Positions 27,830 through 36,415 of a DNA stretch of 64,000 bases are shown one piece after another. A model generated the notes under the pieces. The model was not told the DNA's origin and ran no database searches. It was given only the letters and a program-made list of their open reading frames with translations. The stretch spans positions 32,001 through 96,000 of the IMG/VR virus record IMGVR_UViG_3300034105_003151; one strand, written 5' to 3'. The translations under genes and the position numbers were made by a program. Position 1 is the stretch's first letter. Every line of letters begins with the position of its first letter. The DNA comes from a virus.

Positions 27830-29470
27830 ATGAAAAAGAAGATATTAGTTTGTTCAGAATCTATAAAGACCCACTCTGGTTTTGGAGTCTATAACAAACG
27901 ACTCCTAGAATCCTTGCATAATACAGGCAAATATGAGATTGCTGAATTTGCTAGTTACGGATTTATTGGGGAAAAAGAGAGTCTTAATATCCCCTGGAAG
28001 TATTATCCTAATCATGTAACAAGAGAAGATCCTCGTTCTCAAGAACTAAACTCTATACCAGAAAATCAGTTTGGAAGATGGAGATTTGATAGAGTATTAC
28101 TAGATTTTAAACCAGATATAGTAATAGATGTTAGAGATTATTGGATGAGTTATTTTGAAGGCAACAGTCCTCTCCGTAAGTATTTTAAATGGTTTTTGAT
28201 GCCAACTGTTGATAGTGCCCCACAAAAAGAAGAATGGTTAGAAACTTATCTAAATGCTGATAAAATATTTACATATTCTGATTGGGGAAGAGATGTATTA
28301 AATCAACAAACATCAAATAGTATAAACTTTGCAGATGTTGTATCTCCTGGCGTAAATCTTAACCAGTTCAATATCGATAAAGATACTTCTGGTATACGCA
28401 GAGCCTTATTAATAGACCCAGAATCTATTATTATAGGAACAGTAATGCGTAATCAACCACGCAAGCTATACCCAGAATTAATCAGAGCATTTGAGAAAAT
28501 AATAGAAAAACTAGACCCAGCTACTGCTGAAAAAACATTCCTATATTTTCACACCTGTTATCCAGACAATGGGTGGGACTTTGTTGAATTGATCAAGGGA
28601 TCAAGTGTTGCTGATAAAATCTATTTCACTTACGCATGTAGAAACTGTGGTGCTGTTTTTGCGTCACTATTCTCTGACTGCATACAACCCTGTGTAAAGT
28701 GCAAGCAAAAATCTGCATTTACTCCGAATGTTTCTAATGGATTAGATACTGAGGTCTTGATCAAGATCATCAATTCTTTTGATATCTATGTGCAATATGC
28801 TATTTGTGAGGGATTTGGTATGCCGCAAATAGAAGCTGCGGCCTGCGGACTGCCTGTTATAACAGTAGATTATAGTGCTATGATTGATGTTATAAATAAA
28901 TTAGAAGCTACTCCAGTCAAGGTGGGGGCTTATTATAAAGAATTAGCAACTTCTGCTATTAGGGTATATCCTGATGAAAATGACTTTATTGAAAAGGCTA
29001 TTGAGTTAATAAATATACCTAGACCTATTCGTAAAAAAATAGGCTATAATTCAAGAGAGCTGGTTGAGAAACACTATGATTGGGATAAGATTGTTTTATC
29101 TTGGATGAAGCATATAGATGAAGCAGAGTCTACACAACACTTGTGGAATAATCCTATTGTTTCTTTAATCCCAACAATAGACAAGAAAAGTCTACCTAAT
29201 AATAAAAATATAATAGAGTTAATGTATCATATACACAAGAACTATTTAGAAAAAATGAATGACTCTATAGGTAAATATTCTCTATTAAAACAAATAGGAT
29301 TCGCACAACGAGGGTTTATATTTGATAAACTAGATACTAGAGTATTTAATATCGAAAATATCATAGATAACATTAATATACAAATAGAAAACCATAATAA
29401 ATCAGAAATTGCTAGAGTAAATTCTAGTGTTCTTATAGAGGAGGATTACATAACTTATGCCAACCAATAA
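27830..29470 (+). CDS. GT-B (GT4-like) glycosyltransferase with inserted CxxC..CxxC
   Basis: SGFGVY, VMRNQPRK, EGFGMPQIEAAACGLPV; the track GTG start overlaps the RNA T-arm, so ATG 27830 is used. Confidence 0.88.
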   Translation: MKKKILVCSESIKTHSGFGVYNKRLLESLHNTGKYEIAEFASYGFIGEKESLNIPWKYYPNHVTREDPRSQELNSIPENQFGRWRFDRVLLDFKPDIVIDVRDYWMSYFEGNSPLRKYFKWFLMPTVDSAPQKEEWLETYLNADKIFTYSDWGRDVLNQQTSNSINFADVVSPGVNLNQFNIDKDTSGIRRALLIDPESIIIGTVMRNQPRKLYPELIRAFEKIIEKLDPATAEKTFLYFHTCYPDNGWDFVELIKGSSVADKIYFTYACRNCGAVFASLFSDCIQPCVKCKQKSAFTPNVSNGLDTEVLIKIINSFDIYVQYAICEGFGMPQIEAAACGLPVITVDYSAMIDVINKLEATPVKVGAYYKELATSAIRVYPDENDFIEKAIELINIPRPIRKKIGYNSRELVEKHYDWDKIVLSWMKHIDEAESTQHLWNNPIVSLIPTIDKKSLPNNKNIIELMYHIHKNYLEKMNDSIGKYSLLKQIGFAQRGFIFDKLDTRVFNIENIIDNINIQIENHNKSEIARVNSSVLIEEDYITYANQ

Positions 29471-30218
29471 GACCCCAACAACAAACTGTAGTGCTTGTGA
29501 TTTTTTTAACGAAACTTGTCAGTTAGATATTCCTTCAAAATTACAAAATCAGTATCCTGATATTTATACAGTTGAGAATTTTGTAGATAACACTATCACT
29601 AATTTCTTATGTCCTGTGGGGATTAGTAAAGAGGCACTAACTGATCTCTCTAAAGAAGAGAAGCAAGAAAGAGCTATTAGGGGCAATAATGCCGGTATCT
29701 ATTTAATCTATTTCTTGGACAATAATGATATCGATACTCTGGAAAAGAACCTAGAATACTTGAAGAAATCATTTACTGTTCCCTCTTATATGTCTATTGT
29801 GAAGCCGGTGAATAGTCAACTACAATCAGAAGACATCGTAGCTCTACTACAAAAATACAATGTTTGTGCATGGAAATTGCATAATATGGTAGAAGAATTA
29901 GATAATTTTAAAACGGTGGATTTCATATTGGATACTAATATTGGTAAAAATAATACCAGATTCTATATGATTTGGGATAATCAACCACTGCCAGAATCAT
30001 ATCTAAATACTGTAAATGACGCCCTCACATACTTGTCTGCATTAAAACCTATAATAACCCCGATTACAAATTCTAAAGGAACAGTACTCTATACTGGTTG
30101 TGTGATTCCTTTTAGATTATATCGAAATGAACAGAATCAAAAGTGTCATTCTATTACTGTTTTTAATCTTTTTGACGAGAATAATATTGATCAATATCTA
30201 TCGGTGACAATACAATGA
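29457..30218 (+). CDS. hypothetical protein of the glycosylation cluster (N-terminal Cys cluster)
   Basis: CSAC...C...C; GAGGAGG RBS. Confidence 0.55.
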   Translation: MPTNKTPTTNCSACDFFNETCQLDIPSKLQNQYPDIYTVENFVDNTITNFLCPVGISKEALTDLSKEEKQERAIRGNNAGIYLIYFLDNNDIDTLEKNLEYLKKSFTVPSYMSIVKPVNSQLQSEDIVALLQKYNVCAWKLHNMVEELDNFKTVDFILDTNIGKNNTRFYMIWDNQPLPESYLNTVNDALTYLSALKPIITPITNSKGTVLYTGCVIPFRLYRNEQNQKCHSITVFNLFDENNIDQYLSVTIQ

Positions 30219-30856
30219 TAGACGTAGTATTACTATGTAGTGGGATTGCTAAGGGCATGAAGAGTTATGGCCCCCGATCAATTGTGCCCATTGGCAAAAC
30301 AAATAAGCCCTTTATCCTGCATCAAATAGCTTCTATTAAAAAACAGAAACCAAGAGCTAATATTTATGTGGTTGTGGGGTTTAATAGTAAAAAAATCAAA
30401 ACAATCATAGAAGATGAGTATCCTAATGTAAATTTTATATCACATGAAAACTATGAAAATGAGAACAATGGTGGAGCCTTATTAGAAGCACTTAAAGTAA
30501 TAGATAATAAATGTTTTATTTTTGATGACGGGGTGTGTTGTTCATCTTTAGTTAATAGTAAACAATCATATATCCCCATTCTCAATAAACTTAACAAAAA
30601 ATTCAATATAGGAAGCATCAGTCAAGATAATAATGTGATTAATCTATTCTATGATTTACCAAATAATTGGGCAGAATTCTTTTTTCTAACAAAAGAAGAT
30701 CTACTAAAAACAAAAAACATTATGGAAGATAAGATGAGAAATATGTTCTTATTTGAAGTTCTTAACTGTCTAATAGATAAAGATATAAGATTTTTACATT
30801 CCGAAACAGAAAACAAAAAAGTAGACAAAATTATTAATCATAAGGTGAGTGTATAA
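30215..30856 (+). CDS. sugar/choline-phosphate nucleotidyltransferase-like protein
   Basis: VVLLCSGIAKGMKSYGPRSIV, VVVGF, NYENEN (NTP_transf/LicC pattern). Confidence 0.75.
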   Translation: MIDVVLLCSGIAKGMKSYGPRSIVPIGKTNKPFILHQIASIKKQKPRANIYVVVGFNSKKIKTIIEDEYPNVNFISHENYENENNGGALLEALKVIDNKCFIFDDGVCCSSLVNSKQSYIPILNKLNKKFNIGSISQDNNVINLFYDLPNNWAEFFFLTKEDLLKTKNIMEDKMRNMFLFEVLNCLIDKDIRFLHSETENKKVDKIINHKVSV

Positions 30857-31539
30857 TGAGCATTTTTTGGAGTCCAATAGGTTCAGATAGAGCGACTGTT
30901 TTATTAACACAGGCATTATCAAATATTGCTGGGTTTAATATTTATACTTTTGATGCAGATTCTATAGAACAAATGGTGGGTTATTATAATCCTAATTATA
31001 TAGTATTGAATGATAAGCAATATAAAGACAACATTCAAAAAATAGATTCCTTGAATAAGAACTTCCACACCAAGATTATTACTACGAATATTTCTAGTAG
31101 AAAAAGCAATAAACTAAAAACTATACAGATTGACCCGAACTCGTTTAGTTTGTATAATGAATACCATACTCCATCTAGTTCTGGTATTGGTAGTAATTAT
31201 TATTTTTGTGATTTAGATAATTCTAATCCGTCTAATAATTTATCATTAGAATCTATTACCTATCCCAAGTTTAAAACTAATATAGTTAAGTTAGTGAATT
31301 GTCCTACTTTTAATCATCCTCAAAATATCGGGATAGCATCTGAACAAGAAATACTTAATATGATTCATGGGTGCGATATCTATATCAATATCAGTAATCA
31401 ATATATAATTGATGCGCTTATGATGGATAAAAAAATACTTAATCTATCAGAATCAAATAATTATGCTGATGCTGAAATATTCCCAAAACCAGAAATCATT
31501 AAAACGTCAGAGGTAATTAAAAAATGCGTAAGAATGTAG
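30856..31539 (+). CDS. hypothetical protein, possible degenerate glycosyltransferase domain
   Basis: HPQNIG...CDIYI...DALMMDKK resembles a GT-B C-terminal lobe. Confidence 0.45.
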   Translation: MSIFWSPIGSDRATVLLTQALSNIAGFNIYTFDADSIEQMVGYYNPNYIVLNDKQYKDNIQKIDSLNKNFHTKIITTNISSRKSNKLKTIQIDPNSFSLYNEYHTPSSSGIGSNYYFCDLDNSNPSNNLSLESITYPKFKTNIVKLVNCPTFNHPQNIGIASEQEILNMIHGCDIYINISNQYIIDALMMDKKILNLSESNNYADAEIFPKPEIIKTSEVIKKCVRM

Positions 31540-31994
31540 GAAGTATCCTAATAGAAACAAAAACAGAAAATGATAGCAATGTTGCTCATCTATTAAATGG
31601 ATTGGCTTTTAAAAAAGATATCAATTTCAGCTTGTTCACGCCCGATTTTTCAATCATTATGAACCAGCCAAAATTCTTTACAATATTACCTTTGCATGAA
31701 GCAAAGTTCTATTTTGGTTCTTTATTCATTTGGGATTTAATCATGTTGGACCTAATTACTTCTCCACCAGTTTTTCCTAATTTAGAAAAAATACTATTCT
31801 ATCAGAACGCAGATTTACCATGGATGAGAAATAAGAACGTCCCATATTCTACATGGAATAGATTTTTTAATAATCCAAGAGTACAAATATTCACAGATAA
31901 TATGTTGGCTAAAGATATTATTAACAACACTTGGAATTCTAATTGTAAATTTCTTCATCAAATTAACCCGGATACACTATATGAAATCCTATGA
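31524..31994 (+). CDS. hypothetical protein of the glycosylation cluster
   Basis: 156-aa alpha/beta ORF overlapping its neighbours. Confidence 0.5.
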   Translation: MRKNVGSILIETKTENDSNVAHLLNGLAFKKDINFSLFTPDFSIIMNQPKFFTILPLHEAKFYFGSLFIWDLIMLDLITSPPVFPNLEKILFYQNADLPWMRNKNVPYSTWNRFFNNPRVQIFTDNMLAKDIINNTWNSNCKFLHQINPDTLYEIL

Positions 31995-32775
31995 AAAAAT
32001 GTCGGATAATGAAAAGCAAATCCTGATACAAGACTATTATATTGGTAAACTTATGAGCTTTGCCGAAATAGCAGATTTAACAGATACATATGCTAATAGA
32101 ATCAGAAGAGATGCTATAAAACTCAAAATACAAATCAGAAACAAAAGCGAAGCTCAAAAACTAGCTCTAGAATGTGGTCGCCATAAACATCCCACAAAGG
32201 GTGAAAAACGATCAGAAGAAGTGAAGCAGAAGATTGGGGCTGGTATAATGCAGTCCTGGGAGAATATGTCCGAGGAGGCATTAAATGGTCGAAAGTTAAA
32301 AGCTAAAGAAAATTGGGACAAATTATCAGAGGATGAGAAGGCGAACTTTACTCATAAGGCCAATTTAGCTGTTCGTAAAGCTAGCGACGAGGGAACAAAG
32401 TTAGAGAAATACTTACATAACGCCCTATTAAAAGAGGGATATAGGGTTGAGTTTCATAAAGAGCAGTTTCTTTTAACGACCAAGTTGCAAATTGACCTGT
32501 TCCTACCTACAATGAACGTAGCAATCGAAATTGACGGCCCAAGTCATTTTTCTCCCATTTGGGGACAGGATGCTCTGGATAAGAATATTAAATATGACAA
32601 TAAAAAGAGCGGGTTGATTTTAGGTAAAGGTATGGTTCTTATAAGAATCAAACAACAAAAAGACTTCTCAAAAACCAGAGCCTCCCAAATACTAGATAAA
32701 CTATTGATAGAGATTAAACAGATAGAGTTTAAGTTTCCCGAACCTGGGGATAGAAACATAGAAATAGGAGATTGA
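31981..32775 (+). CDS. endonuclease with NUMOD3-like DNA-binding region and Vsr/DUF559-like nuclease domain
   Basis: KGEKRSEEVKQKI; TKLE...QIDLF...IEIDGPSH. Confidence 0.75.
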   Translation: MKSYEKMSDNEKQILIQDYYIGKLMSFAEIADLTDTYANRIRRDAIKLKIQIRNKSEAQKLALECGRHKHPTKGEKRSEEVKQKIGAGIMQSWENMSEEALNGRKLKAKENWDKLSEDEKANFTHKANLAVRKASDEGTKLEKYLHNALLKEGYRVEFHKEQFLLTTKLQIDLFLPTMNVAIEIDGPSHFSPIWGQDALDKNIKYDNKKSGLILGKGMVLIRIKQQKDFSKTRASQILDKLLIEIKQIEFKFPEPGDRNIEIGD

Positions 32776-32778
32776 TAA

Positions 32779-33489
32779 ATGGTTAAAAACAAAACAACAA
32801 CAACAGCAGCAGTGGAAACAACAACAGAAGAAAAGAAGATTCTTTCGGTTCATGATGTTGAATGGACTGACTATGTGCTATCTCTATTAACAGAAGATGA
32901 ATTCTTTAATGGTAATCCCACAACCGATGGTTTGCGTAGAATATTTGAGAAGGCTCTTGAGGTATTTTTGATAGGTAATGAAACAACTATTATTCAGGTT
33001 CCTACTAAGGAAAATGAAAACCGGGCGTCTGCACAAGTTACTTTAACCTTTGTTCCTAAAGCTGCTATGCATATGTCAGATAAGCCTATTTTCAAAGTCG
33101 TAGGTTCTAGTGATGCTTATTGGGGCAATACTGATAAGCTATATAGAAATCACTTAATTGCTGTGGCCGAAACCAAGGCGGAAGGTCGTGCTTTGCGTAA
33201 GGCACTAAAGCTTAGAAAAACAATTACGGCTGACGAAGCTCCGGTTGATGTTGCAGAAGATAACAGTATCACTTCAACACAGATCGGATTCCTCTCTCAT
33301 AAGTGTTCTTCTTTAGATATAAATGTAAAGAAACTACTTGACAGTATGGGTCTTGATAGCGATAATATAGCGAAGGTTCCTTATTCTGATGCTCAACAAA
33401 TACCCGGAGTATTGTCTAAGTATCAGCAAGATTTAGGTACTATTCCTGAGAGTATTAAAGGTTATGACCCTAATTGGAGAGAAGTATGA
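32779..33489 (+). CDS. Rad52/Sak-like single-strand annealing protein (putative)
   Basis: ASAQVTLTF...GSSDA...AVAETKAEGRALRKAL, then ITSTQI; Rad52-fold-like pattern. Confidence 0.55.
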   Translation: MVKNKTTTTAAVETTTEEKKILSVHDVEWTDYVLSLLTEDEFFNGNPTTDGLRRIFEKALEVFLIGNETTIIQVPTKENENRASAQVTLTFVPKAAMHMSDKPIFKVVGSSDAYWGNTDKLYRNHLIAVAETKAEGRALRKALKLRKTITADEAPVDVAEDNSITSTQIGFLSHKCSSLDINVKKLLDSMGLDSDNIAKVPYSDAQQIPGVLSKYQQDLGTIPESIKGYDPNWREV

Positions 33490-33836
33490 AAGTAATTTAT
33501 AACATCAGCGATAAGCTGTCATTTGAAGTTGAGTCAAAAAGCCAAAAGGATCTATTTGGAGAACTAGCAAGTATTCAAGAAATCTTTGGCGAAGATAAGT
33601 GTGGGGTGTGCGGTAATTCTAATTTAAGATTCGTAACACGCGAAGTGGATGGTAATGCATTCTACGAGTTACGATGTGGTAATCATTCTTGTAAGGCTGT
33701 TCTAGGTTTTGGACAGCACAAAAAGAGTGACACACTATTCCCGCAGCGTAAGGACAAAGAAGGAAAGTATCTACCTAATAACGGATGGCACAAGTGGCAA
33801 CCAACAACAGAAGAAAGCAAAGCTCCGAAAAAGTAA
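33486..33836 (+). CDS. zinc-finger hypothetical protein
   Basis: CGVCG...ELRCGNHSC; ATGA overlap. Confidence 0.65.
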   Translation: MKVIYNISDKLSFEVESKSQKDLFGELASIQEIFGEDKCGVCGNSNLRFVTREVDGNAFYELRCGNHSCKAVLGFGQHKKSDTLFPQRKDKEGKYLPNNGWHKWQPTTEESKAPKK

Positions 33837-34627
33837 AACTATCGTTCTTTGCTAGTTTATTTTTTCACACGGCGTTCTTGTTGATTCTTTCTTGCATAAT
33901 ACTAAGAGCAGAAACAAAACCTGCTCCGATTCTTAATCTAAATTTTTCAGAAGAAATATCTGTTTTTGAGGATTTAGAAGTATTACCGCTTGAAATAGAG
34001 GTTCTTGAAAATAATCAAGAGATTCATAACGAAGAGTCCGAGACTATTCAGATACAACTGGATAGCTCGGATTTTTCTTTTGATACGCCCGAAATCTTTC
34101 AGGAGACGATCCCTGGGCTTGTTATTAAAGATGAGCCTGCTGAGACTGCCAAAATTAAAACAATGCCCGCACAGTCAATCAGACGGCACGATAGCGGGTT
34201 TGGAAATGGTCCAGAGGAGATGAAATCCAGACTGCGAGTTACCGGAGCTAAAACTGGAGATATTCAAATCTCTATATCTTGGGACAATAGTAATGACATT
34301 GATCTTTGGGTGCATTGCTCGGGTTCTAATTTTGAAGAATATATTGGCTGGAATAATAAGATGGGATTTAGTGGTGGTTGGCTAGATGTGGATGCTAATA
34401 TCTATCCTTATAGTTTAACTAAAACACCTGTGGAAAATATCTTTTGGGCCACCAATTCAGCACCAAGAGCCAGATACTTTGTTTATGTTCATTTTTATCA
34501 AAAATGGGATACCGCAGATACTACCCAGGTTTTAATCAGAGTTCTGCAAAACGGTCGGGAGACTTATAGGAAGGTTAGTTTGAGATTTGGAGAAGAACCC
34601 CGCCAAGTCTTATCTTTTCAACATTGA
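33785..34627 (+). CDS. membrane-anchored YfaP/DUF2135-like protein
   Basis: TM SLFFHTAFLLIL; GDIQISISWDNSNDIDLWV, LDVDAN, PVENIFW, YFVYVHFY. Confidence 0.7.
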   Translation: MAQVATNNRRKQSSEKVKLSFFASLFFHTAFLLILSCIILRAETKPAPILNLNFSEEISVFEDLEVLPLEIEVLENNQEIHNEESETIQIQLDSSDFSFDTPEIFQETIPGLVIKDEPAETAKIKTMPAQSIRRHDSGFGNGPEEMKSRLRVTGAKTGDIQISISWDNSNDIDLWVHCSGSNFEEYIGWNNKMGFSGGWLDVDANIYPYSLTKTPVENIFWATNSAPRARYFVYVHFYQKWDTADTTQVLIRVLQNGRETYRKVSLRFGEEPRQVLSFQH

Positions 34628-34957
34628 GTTGATCCATATTTCTAGTCTTATGGTCTTATTTAACCACCATTCATTTAACCATTGCTGTCTCGCTGGACAG
34701 TTACATTCTTTTCTGGTTAGTCTATAGATTCGCTCTTTGGTAATTCCGAAGAAAGTTAAAACTTTCTCAATAAGATCACCCAACATAATTTTTGGTAAGA
34801 CTAAACGAATCTTACTTTTAGGCATAGGATTTTGTTTGAGAATCTTTTTGGCAGAAATAGGGCGTGGGGGTTTACAGTTTCTTATTAATGATGGTAAGTC
34901 TGTTTCGTATCCACACACCTCACATCTTCCGTGAATAAATTTGCACAAATTAGACAT
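34610..34957 (-). CDS. small Cys-containing phage protein
   Basis: CxxC; LGDLIEKVLTFFGI...CNCPARQQWLN. Confidence 0.65.
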   Translation of the reverse strand: MSNLCKFIHGRCEVCGYETDLPSLIRNCKPPRPISAKKILKQNPMPKSKIRLVLPKIMLGDLIEKVLTFFGITKERIYRLTRKECNCPARQQWLNEWWLNKTIRLEIWINSMLKR

Positions 34958-36407
34958 TATATGACACCGTAATGTTTAATCCTGTTGGTGGAGTTCCAGA
35001 CCCTATATAGTAATACCAATTATTTTCAGGAGGAATAGGAAGATAGTATGGAATGGTTTTAGAAATACTGAAATCGGTAATTTCATGACATATTCTAGGT
35101 CTGCAATTTGTGTGGCCTTTATAAGAAAAACTCTGACTCCCAAAAGATGGTTTAGCATCCACTTCTATAAAATAATTAACATAATCTCCACTACAGACAA
35201 ATGGGACTCCACTATTATAGCTTGATAGTTTACCCAATAAGGGTGTGACTTTTAATTCTATTAATCTATAATCAACATTATTATCAGTATTAGAGTCAGC
35301 AATTTTAAAAGACCCATACCAAAATCCATATATCCAATCTAGTTCATAACTATTACTTAAGTCTGAAAAATGAGGAACACCACTCAAACTAACAGACACA
35401 ATAATAGGAGCTACGTCGCAAACTACCATATCAACATAACCTCCAGAAAAATCAACTGTATATTCATATGGGTCAAAGTTTGGATAATATGGACTAACAA
35501 CTCTTTCTCTCCAGCATTCAACACACACCTCTTCATCTATAGTACAACCAGGGTCTGCATAAGTAAAAACACCAGATGCTCCGGTATTCATTATTTTACA
35601 CTGACACATATTTAATGGGTTACTTACTGGTTCTGTAGGATAGCGAGTATTGGCTAAACCACTACTATCAAATATATATTGTGATACTTTTTGATTAGGA
35701 TAAATAGTGTATCCAGTTGTAGAGAAAGAAAAATTACAAATAGCATCGCTGATTCCTTCCCCACCACCAAAAGAAGGATCAAAAGGCGCATTATAATTAA
35801 GAGTATCCATTAGTCCGGTCCCGGTATTATCTATGTTTCGAAAATTATCTTTATAACTTAAATATCCACTAGAACATATGGACTCAATCCATTGTTCTCC
35901 TTCATAATGTCCTCCTTTTGTTAAGCTTAATAATCCATATTCAGTACTATAAGATAGATTATCACTAGTCGGAGAATTACCTCCAACATTTGAAAAAGGA
36001 AAACTTACACTGTCTAATTTACCTCTATAATAATAAATATAGAAATTACTAATATCCCATAGATAAGACTCACATCTATTATGTAAACACGTTAAATATG
36101 TACAGATATAGCTATCATAAGAAGGATATGTTGTTTCAACGCTATATAATTTATAGTATCGATATGTTCTAAAGATTGTGTTTGGATCTCTAACATAATC
36201 TATATAGTAATCGTAACCACCATTCTGCTCATAGCCGGTAGGTACTGGATAAGATCCAGTTAGATTTACTAGGAATGTATCAACATTATTAAAACATCCG
36301 TCACATTTACAACAATATTGACATTCTCCACATTTTGAACCTAACATAAATCCACCAGCAACTGTTCCAATAGCAGATAGAGTTTCTATATCGAATAAAT
36401 AATCCAT
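34950..36407 (-). CDS. Cys/Tyr-rich putative tail-tip or receptor-binding protein
   Basis: about 20 Cys; directly downstream of the tail-tip gene; AGAGGA RBS before ATG 36407. Confidence 0.55.
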   Translation of the reverse strand: MDYLFDIETLSAIGTVAGGFMLGSKCGECQYCCKCDGCFNNVDTFLVNLTGSYPVPTGYEQNGGYDYYIDYVRDPNTIFRTYRYYKLYSVETTYPSYDSYICTYLTCLHNRCESYLWDISNFYIYYYRGKLDSVSFPFSNVGGNSPTSDNLSYSTEYGLLSLTKGGHYEGEQWIESICSSGYLSYKDNFRNIDNTGTGLMDTLNYNAPFDPSFGGGEGISDAICNFSFSTTGYTIYPNQKVSQYIFDSSGLANTRYPTEPVSNPLNMCQCKIMNTGASGVFTYADPGCTIDEEVCVECWRERVVSPYYPNFDPYEYTVDFSGGYVDMVVCDVAPIIVSVSLSGVPHFSDLSNSYELDWIYGFWYGSFKIADSNTDNNVDYRLIELKVTPLLGKLSSYNSGVPFVCSGDYVNYFIEVDAKPSFGSQSFSYKGHTNCRPRICHEITDFSISKTIPYYLPIPPENNWYYYIGSGTPPTGLNITVSYNV

Positions 36408-36415
36408 AAATCCTC

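Noticed and set aside
32788-32832. ACA/GCA trinucleotide runs
   Set aside because: Encode a low-complexity TTTTAAVETTTEE N-terminus; too short to support phase variation
36330-36407. Double-glycine bacteriocin leader in the Cys-rich protein
   Set aside because: Only a weak match; the product is about 485 aa in a tail operon and no C39 transporter is present
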